Positions 12,331 through 26,484 of a stretch of DNA of 64,000 bases are shown here, in pieces (position 1 is the stretch's first letter; each line of letters opens with the position of its first letter). The notes under the pieces are model-generated. The model made no database searches. It was not told the DNA's origin and worked only from the letters and a program-made list of their open reading frames with translations. The position numbers and the translations under genes were made by a program. Source of the stretch: Leucoraja erinacea (Eukaryota); contig NC_073384.1 of the NCBI RefSeq assembly GCF_028641065.1, forward strand, positions 16,864,001 through 16,928,000. The letters are read 5' to 3'.

Positions 12331-14238
12331 ATAACCATATAACAATTACAGCACGGAAACAGGCATCTCGGCCCTTCTAGTCCGTGCCGAACAACTTACT
12401 CTCACTTAGTCCCATCTACCTGCGCTACATTCTTTTCCCGTCCATATACCTATCCAATTTATTTTTAAATGATAAAATCGAACCTGCCTCCACTGGAAGT
12501 TCATTCCACACAGCTACCACTCTCTGGGTAAAGAAGTTCCCCCTCATGTTACCCCTAAACGTCTGTCCCTTAATTCTCAAATCATGTCCTCTTGTTTGAA
12601 TCTTCCCTACTCTCAATGGAAAAAGCTTATCGAAACATAGAAAATAGGTGCAGGAGTAGGCCATTCGGCCCTTCGAGCCTGCACCGCCATTCAATATGAT
12701 CATGGCAGATCACCCAACTCAGTATCCTGTACCTGCCTTCTCTCCACGCCCCCTGATCCCTTTAGCCACAAGGGCCATATCTAACTCCCTCTTACATATA
12801 GCCAATGAACTGTCCTCAATTACCTTCTGTGGCAGAGAATTCCACAGATTCACCACTGTGTGAAAAATGTTTTTCTCATCTCGGTCCTAAATGATTTCCC
12901 CCTTATCCTTAAACTGTGACCCCTTGTTCTGGACTTCCTCAACATCGGGAATAATCTTCCTGCATGTAGCCTGTCCAACCCTTTAAGAATTTTGTAAGTT
13001 TCTATAAGATCCCCCTCAATCGTCTAAATTCTAGCGAGTACAAACCAAGTCTATCCAGTCTTTCTTCATATGAAAGTCCTGACATCCCAGGAATCAGTCT
13101 GGTGAACCTTCTCTGTACTCCCTCTATGGCAAGAATGTCTTTCCACGTCATCCACGTCATCCACGTCAACTCTGTCTATCCCTCTCATCATTTGAAAGAC
13201 CTCTATCAAGTTCCCCCTTAACCTTCTGCGCTCCAAAGAATAAAGACCTAACTTGTTCAACCTTTCTCTGTAACTTAGTTGCTGAAATCCAGGCAACATT
13301 CTAGTAAATCTCCTCTGTATTCTCTCTATTTTGTTGACATCCTTCCTATAATTTGGCGACCAAAACTGCACACCATATTCCAGAATTGGCCTCACCAATG
13401 CCTTGTACAATTTTAACATTACATCCCAACTTCTATACTCAATGCTCTGATTTATAAAGGCCAGCACACCAAAAGCTTTCTTTACCACCCTATCTACATG
13501 ATATTACACCTTCAGGGAACTATGCACAGTTATTCCTAGATCCCTCTGTTCAACTGCATTCCTCAATTCGCTACCATTTACCATGTACATCCTATTTTGA
13601 TTTGTCCTGTCAAGATGTAGCACCTCACACTTATCAGCATTAAACTCCATCTACCATCTTTCAGCCCACTCTTCCAAATGGCCTAAATCTCTCTGCAGAC
13701 TTTGAAAATCTACCTCATTATCCACAACACTACCTATCTTAGTATCATCTGCATACTTACTAATCCAATTTACCACACCATCATCCAGATCATTGATGTA
13801 TATGACAAACAACAGTGGACCCAACACAGATCCCTGAGGCACCCCACTAGTCACCGGCCTCCAACCTGACAAACAGCCATCCACCATTACTGTCTGGCAT
13901 CTCCCATTCAGCTACTGTTGAATCCATCTTGCTACTCCACCATTAATACCCAACAATTGAACTTTCTTAACCAACCTTCCATGTGGAACCTTGTCAAAGG
14001 CCTTACTGAAGTCCATATAGACAACGTCCACCACTTTACCCTCATCAATTTCCCTAGCAACCTCTTCAAAAAATTCAAGAAGATTAGTCAGACATGACCT
14101 TCCAGGCACAAATCCATGTTGACTGTTCCTAATCAGACACTGTTTATCCAGATGCTTATATATATTATCTCTAAGTATCCTTTCCATTAATTTGCCCACC
14201 ACTGACGTCAAACTAACAGGTCTATAACTGCTAGGTTA
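12331..14238 (-). mobile_element. CR1-type LINE with a second CR1/HER1 3' fragment (12632-13141) nested in it
   Basis: RT motifs [29 protein letters not shown]; two distinct 3' tails. Confidence 0.88.
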
Positions 14239-16614
14239 CAATATGCAGGAGGTGATCGCAGGAAGTCTCATGCAATGCAGCATAGTTCAGATTGACCGTC
14301 ACAACAATGTTCTCTCATTGGACCCTCACATCCAAGCCAGTAATGCTCATTCTTGTGATGCCCAGTCTGAATGTAGCTGGGACATTGTTGGCCGGTATGG
14401 GCGAGTTGGGCCGAAGGGCCTGTTTCCACACTGCATCACTCCTATGACATTTTTTTGATGCAGCTCCTTCACATCTTTTGTGAGGTTGTAAAGCACTTTG
14501 CAGAAGATGAAGTATCTTGAAGCATAGTCACTCATTATGGGTCGGGAATGGGGTTGAAAGTCAAAGCTCTAAACGGCTGGCGAGACGGTGGGAGCCATGG
14601 ATGGGTTGGCAGGTCATTACATTCACATTCACTTTACAACGCCATCTGTGGCCACTCATGGAATTTCAACTGAGCTCCGATCATTTTGTCCAGATTGTGG
14701 TAGACCATCAATTACCAGAAAATCGGTTTTCAATCTGTACCAATTTAAAGATAGTCCAAGACCCACAAATAATAATGCAATCACGTATAAATGTTTCTAT
14801 ATGTTGATTGAATATTGAATAATTAAAGAGAGAACACCACATATGACATCAGCCCACCTGGGCATATGTTCCATGTTTTCAAACCTCACTGTATAAGCTG
14901 TCCATTTTAACCTGGTGACTCCTGCGTTACATAGTCCTGTTAATGGAAATTCACCGTCACAAATTATAACCCAAAGTTTGAAATAGTGATTAAAATTTGT
15001 CCTGATGGACTTATTGTCGTAGTAACTACACAATACAAAATTCACCTTTTTTTCAACTCGGGTTTCTTAATGCATGCGTGGATGACTGTATGGAAATTCG
15101 TGATATGGACTGTTATCCAGGAAACACAACCTCCCATAACATGAGGATCACCTTCATTCAATCAGTAATATTTCATAAAGTTTGGAAAATAATATACATT
15201 TTCTTACATTGCAACAGCACAATTTAGAATATTATAAAACTTTAAAGCACACTTTTAAACATGTTTTTATGGAATAGAAACTACTTGGCAATAAATATTT
15301 ACATTCTTTAAGATGTATGAAGCACCATGTGGAAAGATGACCATATATTTTGATTTTCAGAAGCCATTCGATGAGCATGGCTTCTGTAAATTTATTACAC
15401 CGAGTTTAGAAGAATGATGGGACCTGAATGAAACATACAGAATAATGAAAGGCTTGAATGGAGTGGATGTGGAGAGGATGTTTCCACTAGTGGGAGAGTC
15501 TAGGACGAGAGGTCATAGCCTGAGTATTAAAGGACGTTCGTTTACGAAAGGAGATGAGGAGAAATTTCTTTATACAGAGGGTGGTGAATCTGTGGAATTC
15601 TTTGCCACAGAAGGCTGTGATGGCCAAGTCAGTGGAGATTTTTATGGCAGAGTAAAGATTCATTCTTGATTAGTACAGGTGTCAGAGGTTATGGGGTTAG
15701 GAGGGAGAGATAGATCAGAAATGATTGAATGGCGTAGAATTGATGGACCGAATGGCCTAATTCTTTTTCTATCCCTTTTGTCCTAAAGGTCACGGTATTG
15801 TAGGTAATTTGTGAGCATAAATAGAGGATAAGCTAACGAACAGGTAATGGGTGAAATGAGGCATATTAAGAGGAAAATGACTAATTAATTTGTAGTCAGT
15901 TTATCTGACCACAGATATCAGTGGGAAATCAAGTGGAGAGGGTAATGAAGCAACGCATCACAGTAATATCTTGGGACTTTAATTCACATCGGGTCTGGGA
16001 AATAAAATTAGCTCTAATTTGCAGCATGTGTAAAATATGATATTCCATATCGGCATGCTGAAGAATCAACAAAGTGAAAGGTTAATTTCAACTAGTTACG
16101 TGCAATGAGAAAAGGTTTGTTAATAGTTTAGTTTAGTTTAGAGATGCAGCACGGAAACAGGGCCTTTGCCCCCCCCCCCACCCCCAAATCTGCGCCGACC
16201 AGCGATCCCCACACACTACACACACTAGGGACAATTTATAATTTTACTGGTCAATTAACTTCCAAACCGGTACGTCTTTGCAGTATATTTACGTTAATTG
16301 CATATAAAGCTTTGAGAAGAGTGAGTGATATAAATTGAAATTATTTGCTTCGATCTGAAATTAGAGTTAAATTTTAACAAAGGAAACTGAATGTATGAGT
16401 TGTGAGTTGTTGGGTAGACTGGGAAACTACATTAAAAGAATAAATGTGGCAGGAGTAGACCAATCTGTAGGCGATCACTTTATATGAGATTAAGGGTAAG
16501 AAAATATTGAGGCATATGCCTAAGAACCAGAATGAAGATCTGTGACCTTTGGGAGTTCTGTGCGTTGACAGATACCAACCAGAAGAACCCTGAGGGGTGA
16601 CTTTTAATCAGTCA

Positions 16615-16731
16615 CTATGTACGTTTGATGGCAGCATATTCGGTTGTCTCCTCGCTGACTTCTAAGGTTGGAGCTTTGGCATTCTTTCGTGCAAACTGAA
16701 TATCAGCATAGAGTATCTCCGGTTCCGCCGA
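16615..16731 (-). CDS. Receptor last exon: ITIM + ITSM and stop
   Basis: Acceptor ttctgtttttctattgcag; [38 protein letters not shown]. Confidence 0.88.
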   Translation of the reverse strand, partial: SAEPEILYADIQFARKNAKAPTLEVSEETTEYAAIKRT

Positions 16732-19700
16732 CTGCAATAGAAAAACAGAATGTAAATGACACAAGAGAATGCTAAATCCATAAGCCGATTTTCTCCATCA
16801 GCCAGAAAATACGCAAAATCACTCCATACCATCACAGTTTATAATGAATGGCGTCAAAAACCATATAAGATGAACAAACATAGAAACGTAGAAAATAGGT
16901 GCAGGAGTAGGCCATTCGGCCCTTCGAGCCTGCACCGCCATTCAATATGATCATGGCTGATCATCTAACTCAGTATCCCGTACCTGCCTTCTCTCCATAC
17001 CCTCTGATCCCCTTAGCTAAAAGGGCCACATCTAACTCCCTCTTAAATATAGCCAATTAACTGGCCTCAACTACCCTCTGTGGCAGAGAGTTCCAGAGAT
17101 TCACCACTCTGTGTGAAAAAAGTTTTTCTCATCTCGGTTTTAAAGGATTTCCCCCTTATCCTTAAGCTGTGACCCCTTGTCCTGGACTTCCCCAACATCG
17201 GGAACAATCTTCCTGCATCTAGCCTGTCCAACCCTTAAGAATTTTGTAAGTTTCTATAAGATCCCCTCTCTATCTCCTAAATTCTAGAGAGTATAAACCA
17301 AGTCTATCCAGCCTTTCTTCATAAGACAGTCCTGACATCCCAGGAATCAGTCTGGTGAACCTTCTCTGCACTCCTTCTATGGCAATAATGTCCTTCCTCA
17401 GATTTGGAGACCAAAACTGTACGCAATACTCCAGGTGTGGTCTCACCAAGACCCTGTACAACTGCAGTAGAACCTCCCTGCTCCTATACACAAATCCTTT
17501 TGCTATGAAAGCTAACATACCATTCGCTTTCTTCACTGCCTGCTGCACCTGCATGCCTACTTTCAATGACTGGTGCACCATGACACCCAGGTCTCGCTGT
17601 ATCTCCCCTTTTCCTAGTCGGCCACCATTTAGATAATAGTCTGCTTTCCGGTTTTTGCCACCAAAATGGATAACCTCACATTTATCCGCATTATACTGCA
17701 TCTGCCAAACATTTGCCCACTCACCCAGCCTATCCAAGTCACCTTGCAGTCTCCTAGCATCCTCCTCACAGCTAACACTGCCCCCCAGCTTAGTGTCATC
17801 TGCAAACTTGGAGATATTGTCTTCAATTCCCTCATCCAGATCATTAATATATTTTGTAAATAGCTGGGGTCCCAGCACTGAGCCTTGCGGTACCCCACTA
17901 GTCACTGCCTGCCATTGTGAAAAGGACCCGTTTACTCTTATTCTTTGCTTCATGTTTGCCAGCCAGTTCTCTATCCACATCAATACTGAACCCCCAATGC
18001 CGTGTGCTTTAAGTTTGTATACTAATCTCTTATGTGGGACCTTGTCGAAAGCCTTCTGAAAGTCTAGATACACCACATCCACTGGTTCTCCCCTATCCAC
18101 GCTACTAGTTACATCCTCGAAAAATTCTATAAGATTCGACAGACATGATTTACCTTTCGTAAATCCATGCTGACTTTGTCCAATGATTTCACCACTTTCC
18201 AAATGTACTGCTACCCCATCTTTAATAACTGACCCTAACAGTTTCCCCACTACCGATGTTAGACTAACTGGTCTGTAATTCCCCGTTTTCTCTCTCCCTC
18301 CGTTCTTCAAAAGTGGGGTTACGTTTGCTACCCGCCAATCCTCAGGAACTACTCCAGAATCTAAAGAGTTTTGAAAGATTATTACTAATGCATCCACTAT
18401 TTCTGGAGCTACTTCCTTAAGTACTCTGGGATGCAGCCTATCTGGCCCTGGGGATTTATCGGCCTTTAATCCATTCAATTTACCCAACACCACTTCCCGA
18501 CTAACCTGGATTTCACTCAATTCCTCCAACTCCTTTGACCCCCGGTCCCCTGCTATATCCGGCAGATTATTTATGTCTTCCTTAGTGAAGACGGAACCAA
18601 AGTAGTTATTCAATTGGTCCATCATATCCTTGTTCCCCATGATCAACTCACCTGTTTCTGACTGCAAGGGACCTACATTTGTTTTAATTAATCTCTTTCT
18701 TTTCACATACCTATAAAACCTTTTGCAGTCAGTTTTTATGGTCCCTGCCAGTTTTCTTTCATAATCTATTTTTCCTTTCCTAATTAAGCCCTTTGTCCTC
18801 CTCTGCTGGTCTCTGAATTTCTCCCAGTCCTCTGGTATGCTGCCTTTTCTGGCTAATTTGTATGCATCATCCTTTGCTTTGATACTATCCCTGATTTCCC
18901 TTGTTATCCACGGATGCACTACCTTCCCTGATTTATTCTTTTGCCAAACTGGGTAGTGAACAATTTTTGTAGTTCATCCATGCAGTCTTTAAATGTCTTC
19001 CATTGCATATCCACTGTCAACCGTTTTAGAATTAATTGCCAGTCAATCTTGGCCAATTCACGTCTCATACCCACAAAGTTACCTTTAAGTTCAGAACCAT
19101 TGTTTCTGAATTAACAATGTCACTCTCCATCCTAATAAAGAACTCAACCATATTATGGTCACTCTTGCCCAAGGGGGCACGTACAACAAGACTGCTAACT
19201 AACAAGAAAGAACATTTACCAAAAGGGGAAAAGAAACTAGTTATAGTCATACAATAATAGTGTGGAAAAGGCCCTTTAGCCCAACTTACCCACATCAGCT
19301 AACAATGTCCCATCTACCCGAGTCCCACTTGCCTGCCCTTGGTCCATAACCATCCAAACCTGTCCTATCCATGTACCTGTCCTACTGTTTCTTAAACAAT
19401 GGGATAGTCCCAGCCTCAACTACCTCCTCTGGCAAGCTTGTTCCATACACCCACCACCATCTGTGTGAAAAAGTTACCCCTTGGATTCCTATATAATCGG
19501 TTCCCATCACCCTGAACCTATGTCCTCTGGTCCACGATTCCCCTACTCTGGGTAAAAGACTGTGCATTTACCTGATCTATTCCTCTCATGATTTTATATA
19601 CCTCTGCAAGATCTCCCCTCACCATCCTCCACTCCATGGAATAGAGACCCAGCCTACTCAACATCTCCCTATAGCTCGCACCCTCTAGTCCTGGCAACAT

Positions 19701-22700
19701 CCTTGTTGATCTTTTCTGAACACTTTCAAGTTTGACAATATCTTTCCTATAACATGGTGTCTAGAACTGAACACAATTATCTAAATGCGGTCTCACCAAT
19801 GTCTTGACTGCAACATGACCTCCCTAGTTCTATGATCAATACTCTGTCTGATGAAGGCCAAAGTGACAAAAGCCTTTTTGACCACCTTATCTACCTGCAA
19901 CTCGACCTTCAAGGAACCATGCACCTGTACTCCTAGTTCCCTCTGCTCTACAACACTACCCAGAGGCCTACGATTTACTGTGTAGGTCCTGTCCTAATTC
20001 GACGTCCCAAAATGCAACACCTCACACTTCTCTGTATTAAATTCCATCAACCATTCCTCCGCTCACCCGGCCAATCAATCCAGATCCTGCTGCAATCGTT
20101 CACAACCATCAAAACCACTAACTTTTGTATCATCAGCAAACTTGCTAATCTTGCCCTGTATGTTCTCATCCAAATCATTGCTGTAGATGATAAGCAGTAA
20201 CGGGCCCAGCACAGAACCCTGTGACACATCACTAGTCACAGGAATTAATGTGATGTATGTACATAAGACTTTGAATATAATGATATTTATGGAAGCTTGT
20301 TCATATGTAAGAGTATAAGGTGGACATTTGTAAACCTGAGATGGCTTGTATAGGTCTAAAAAGGAAGTGATGGCATTCAATTAAAGGCATGGGCCAAAAT
20401 GTCGCCTGTCCATTTCTTTCCGCAGATGCTGCCTGACCCACCGAGTTGCTCCAGTAGTTTGTATTTATGTCTGGTACTTACCATAGTGACATTGGGGGCC
20501 GGTTCTGTATTGGTCTTGGTTTCAACTGAAATAAAATAAGAAACTGTTGAGTTGTCACATACGGGTGAGAATCAAAATGAAATCATAGTGCGGTATACAA
20601 ACTTATTGTCATCCCTTATCCAGTGCATTCAGATAGCTGCAACATTCTGCAGAACACATATGTTTAGTTTAGACATACGGCGTGGAAACAGGCCCTTCAG
20701 CCACCAAGAGAGAAGGCAGGTACAGGATACTGAGTTGGATGATCAGCCATATTGAATGGTGGTGTAGGCTCGAAGGGCCAGATGGCCTACACCTGCACCT
20801 ATTTTCTATGTTTCTATGTAAGTATACGCCGGCCAGCAATCCCCGTACACTAACACTATCCTACACACTAGGGTCAAACCTGTACGTCTTTGAAGTGTGG
20901 GAGGAAACCAGAGCATTTGGGGAAAACCCACACGGTCACAGGGAGAATGCACAATCTCCGTACAGACAGCACCCGTAGTCAGGATTGAAACCAGGTCGCT
21001 GGTGCTGTAAGACAACAACATAACAGCGCCATCGTGCTGTCATATGTATGAAGAGTTTCTCACTCTTGACAGGGGCATGACAAGACTCACATATGTCTTA
21101 AAGGCTAGACGTCTGGCTTACTTCTGGAGTCTGCAGGCTGTGGATCAGGCCCTTTTTAGGGGGTTAAGCCAAACTGTGTCGGCCTATGCTTCAGTGCAGT
21201 ATTGTAGAAGTTGCCTTTTAGTTGGTGGATCCGGAAACTTCTCAATTGAATGTAAAGGATTATAATTTAATTAATTCATGGACATATGCCCTTTAGTTCA
21301 CTATCATAGGTTTAAATTCAGCCACTAGCAAATGGATTAAAATTTGAGAGTCTGTGTTAATGTTGGTCTTTCTAAAATTCTGCCATTAATTTGTCACTTA
21401 TAGCAGGCATCTTTTGATAGGCTGCACGAATTGATATATATCCAATACTTTGTTTAAGACTGATGGTGTGTCCATTTAGTGGAGGAGGGCAGAGGCAGCA
21501 GTACTTGGTGGCAGGCTGCTCTCTATTTTAGGGACACAAGAGACTGCAGATGCTGGAATCTGATAAGGTAGCGTGGTGTTGAAGGAAGGAAATGGCTGGA
21601 GATCTGCAACAGCCTGGGATTTACCTGGAACAGGCACTTCTCATAAGAACTAGAGCGAGGACTTTTAAAATAGCACTACTAGATGGCGCCTCTTGCATGC
21701 GGGCCCAGTGGACTATTTCTGTATTCAAGAAGGAACTGCAGATGCTGGAAAATCGAAGGTACACAAAAATGCTGGAGAAACTCAGCGGGTGCAGCAGCAT
21801 CTATGGAGCGAAGGAAGTAGGCAACGTTTCGGGCCAAAACCCTTCTTCAGACTGATGGGGGTTGGGCGGGGAGAAGAAAGGAAAAAGGAGGAGGAGGAGC
21901 CCAAGGACTGAGGGATGGGAGGAGACAGCCTGAGGGCTGAGGAAGGGGAGGAGACAGCAAGGGCTAACAAAATTGGGTGAATTCAATTGGGTGCATCCAA
22001 TGTTCATGCTCCCAGGATGCAGACTCCCCAAGCGGAATATGAGTTGCTGTTCCTCCAATTTCCGATGTTGCTAGCTCTGGCCATAGAGGAGACCCAGGAC
22101 AGAGAGGTCGGATACTGAATGGGAGGCGGAGTTGAAGTGCTGAGCCACCGAGAGGTCAGGTTATTGCGGACCGAGCAATATTTCTGTACACTTGCTATCA
22201 TTAGGGATCAGGGTATAGCAATATTCTACTGGACTGTATGTATGAAAAATAATTTCATTGTGTTAGCACTTTACAAATGTGACAATAAAAGCACTATTGA
22301 ACCATTGTTTCCGCATGTCACCTTCTGTAGGATTCCAGCATCTCTTGTTTCCACATTAGCTTTCAGCCTCTATTCCCACCAACTGCTCCCCCACTTGGCT
22401 CATCTGCCCCTCTTTCCTCTCTTCATCTGTTTCTATCTATTACTGCCTGCCCCGCCCCACACTTCCCCTTCAACTCTTTCTGTTGGCTATCTGCTCTCTA
22501 TAATCACAACCCAAAACATCGACCAAAACTCTATTTTAGTTGCCTTGATGGAGACCTTGAGTGCTTGAATAAGATTGTTCAGATACAAGATCTAAAAGAG
22601 AGGAGGTATGTATTCCAACTGTTCCTATTGATCTAAGATATAGGAGCAGATTTAGGCCATTTTGGCCCATCAAGTTTGTTCCACCATTCAATCATGGCTG

Positions 22701-25700
22701 ATCGATATTTCCCTCTCAACCCCATTATCCCATCCTCTCCCTGTAACATTTGGCACCCTCACTAACCAACAACCTATCGATCTCTGCTTTAAAAACACCC
22801 AATGGCATGGCCTCCACTGTCATCCATGGCAACGGATTCCACAGATTCACTCAGATATGGTGTTAGTGCAAGATGACTAAGTTGTGAAGAATTTTCTTTG
22901 AAGATTGCTTTGAATCTTTATATTTCTCTCGACAGAGAACTGTGAAGCTAATTTGTTGAGTATGTTTAAAGGAATTGAAAAGCCAAAGAGGTTGAATAGT
23001 TTAAGTTGAGAATGGTGCAACACTGGGCTACTTCCTTGACTGTTCCTTATGTTCTTACATTTGGAATCATTACTGAACATAGACAACATTTGAAGAAATC
23101 CCCAATATGAGTACTGAAATTTATTTTTTACCTGCAACTGTTGAATAAACTGGGTTCAGGTCTTCAGTAGAGTTCCTAGTGAAATGATATAGAACACACT
23201 GTCAGTGAACTATTTATATTTGTTGAATGTCTCTGAAGAACAACAATGGAACTGCATTGGTATTGGTTTATTGTTCTTATGTGTACCGAGGTACAGTGAA
23301 AAGTTTTATGTGCATGCTATCCAGTCAAATCATACTATACAATCAAAGCAGATACAAGTACAACAGGTGGTGCAAAGATAAAAATACAAGAGAAACAAAT
23401 GTGGTGTTATAGCATTTTAGCTTTACGGCCACAGACAAAAAAAAAGTCTAAGGCAGCAACCCCACCTTTGCACCCGTGCCTGAACTGTTCCATCCCACAA
23501 AACTTCCATGTTCCACGACTCTTTCCTCCGGTCTTTGCTGGATTCAACGCCTGTGCCCACCATGCTTAATTCAATATCATATTAAAGCAAGATGTGAAAA
23601 TACATTTTACTTACCCTTCGGGTTTAAACATGTGTTGAAAGCACACCCATTTCTTCATATAGCACACTGCTATTGCTAAGATGATGAATAAGAGGATGAA
23701 TACCAGGACACAGGCTACAATACCGCCCAAGATTTTCAAAGACAACTTTTCATATGTTTGATCTGAAAAATATCAAAGGTTTATAGTTTAGATGCAACCT
23801 GTGTTTATTTCTCTCATTTTAAGTAAACACTCCAGCTCTGAACCTGCAAGGGAAGCAGCGCTGAAGATTCCCCATCATAGTATTCTCCAAAGCAACCCAG
23901 ATTGGGATTAAAAACTAGAAAATGGTGAACACACTCAGTAGATCAGGCTGCATCTGTGGGGAGAGATACAATCTACGCTGCAAGTTGAAAATCCTTCATC
24001 AGAACTGAGAAAGCCAGTTGGTCTGAGAGACCAGGTTGGTCTAAGTAGCCAGGAACCTGGGGGAGGGCAGGGGGTGGAACAAAGTAAATGTCTGTAATAA
24101 AACATAGAAATAGTAGCAGTGTAGCACGGGAACAGGCTGCGTTTATTTATATTAGTGGAGAGGCACAACATTTGCCACCTTCCGGCACCTCTCCTGCACT
24201 CGTAAATTTCAGCCAGTGCTCCTGCAATTTTCTCTCCAGTTTCCCGCAATGTTTTCAAGTCAAATTTATTTCTATTGCACATTTAAACTGACTGTTGACA
24301 AAAGTGCTTTACATCAGTGCAGGTACTAACATGCTACAAACAGTGGTACATAGATCTAACAATACGTACATAAATATATACATACCACGCTCCCTCAGAG
24401 GACCTCAAGAAACGCTTACGAATAGAAATATGTTTTAAGTTTAGACTTAAAAGAGTTGATGGAGGGGATAGTTCTGATCGGGAGAGGGAAGCTGTTCCAT
24501 AGTCTAGGTGCTGCCACTGCAAAAGCGGATATATCTGATCAGGGCCTGGAGATTTGTCTACCTTCAAACACGACAGTACCTTCAGTACTTCTTCGACGGT
24601 AACACCGACTGCTCTCAAGACATTTTCAGTGACTGCTCCAATTTCCTCCATCCTACTGTCTTTCTCCTCAGTAAATACAGAGGAGAAATACTCATTTAGG
24701 ACCTTGCCCATCTCCTGTGGCTGCACAGAGGTGACCGCTTTGATTCTTGAGAGGTCCCACTCTCTCTCTAGTTACCCGTTTCCCCCTTATGTCCCCCCAT
24801 AAAGTCTTTTGGGATTGTCCTTAATGCAGAGCTGCTAAGTTCTGTCATAGCATTTCAGTATTCTAGTACCTGAAAATCAGTATTTTGCAATCAGTATTTT
24901 GATGCAGTGCGCTTTGCTGAAAAAAATGCTGTTTTTTATGTGCGGCTATACCCATGTAAGAGTACAAGAATGCATAACTTCGCTACCAATTGACATGTCT
25001 TCTACACACCTTACTTAATGGTCCATTCATTGCAATCTCTTTGTATACTGCTGTTTGAACGGCTGCTTCCTGCTTTTAGCACCAGATGATGATGTAGAAT
25101 CCATTTTGGAAGTCTCCCTCCCTCGCTCCCTCTCTCTCTCTCCTTCCTCTCTCCCTCCCTCCCTCTCCCTCCCCCCTTCCCCCTCCCCTCCCATCCCCCT
25201 CTCTCCTTTTTTTTTCTCCTTCCCCTCTCATTCCCTCCCTCCCTCTCTCCTCCCTCTCCCCCTCCCCTCTGCATCCTCTACCTCTCTTCACCCCTCTCTC
25301 TCCACCCTCCCTCTCTCCCCCTTGAGCCCACCCACCATTCTGTAAAATCAAGGCCAATCCCCAATGTAACTGCAATACCACTGGTAACCTTTCACCACTA
25401 GGCTTATCCAGAATTCTACCACTACCTGAAAAATAATCAAAGGCTCAAAGAGAATTCCAAAGACTCATTGTTATACGAGAAGTTTCCTGAACAGTCTGTG
25501 ACCCACAGCGCTGTGGCCATAGCGCTATGTTTAAAGCCCATAGCTTCAATCTTGTTTTTAACTAACGTCTCAATTTCCCTCGTCAGCTAAGCTTCCTTAC
25601 GATTGCCTGCTTTGCCCTTCACTCCACTTGGCCGATGTTCCTTTCCCCTCAAATAACATACTCCCATCAATTTTAGCGAGACCTTCTCTCATACCCTCAA

Positions 25701-26441
25701 AGTTGGCCTTACCCCAGTTGAGCATTTTAACACGTGGACCCTCTCTGTCCGAATCCATAACTATCTTAAACATAAGTAAACTCTGGTCCAAAAGGTTCCT
25801 CCACACACACTTCCTTAACTTGCCCTTCCCATTTTCCCAATACTAGATCCAGCGTTTCCCTCTCATGTCTGGGGGCCTCCACATACTGCTTAAGAAAACT
25901 CTGCTGAACACTTTTGATAGATTGCACCCCATCTAAACCCTTCACACTATGATTTTCCCAGTCTATATCGGGAAAGTTAAAATCCCCTACTACAACAACC
26001 TTATTTGACCTGTAGCTGTCTGCAATCTCCTGGCACATTTGTTCTTCTAATTCCCATTGACTATTCGGGGGTCTGTAGTACAACCCCAACAAGGTTATCA
26101 TCCCTTTCTTGTTCCTCAGCTCCACCCATATAGCCTCACTAGGCGAACCGTCCGTAATGTCACCTCCGAACACAGTCGTAAAATCCTCCTCAACCAACAA
26201 TGCAACCTCCGTCCTCTTTTTTCTCAGCCCTGTCTCTCCTGAAGCTCTTGTACCCCAGAACATTGAGCTGCCAGTCCTGCCCCTCCCTTAACCAGGTTTC
26301 AGTCATGGCTACAATGTCCCAGTCACTCATATCCATGCCCATGTGTTACAAAATGATTGAAGTTATGAAGCCAGAGGAATGTAGGTGGAGGGGGGGGGGG
26401 GGGGGGGGGAAAAATATGTGCCAGTCCAGGTGGGACACAGA

Positions 26442-26484
<43 letters not shown>

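Noticed and set aside
25011-25110. Possible minus-strand exon ending at a GTAAG-like donor
   Set aside because: Preceded by a purine-rich tract rather than a pyrimidine tract and no convincing phase-compatible frame.
26388-26482. Very long G/C homopolymers (also 26595-26627, 47792-47830) as G-quadruplex elements
   Set aside because: Lengths are likely inflated by long-read homopolymer error and cannot be interpreted.
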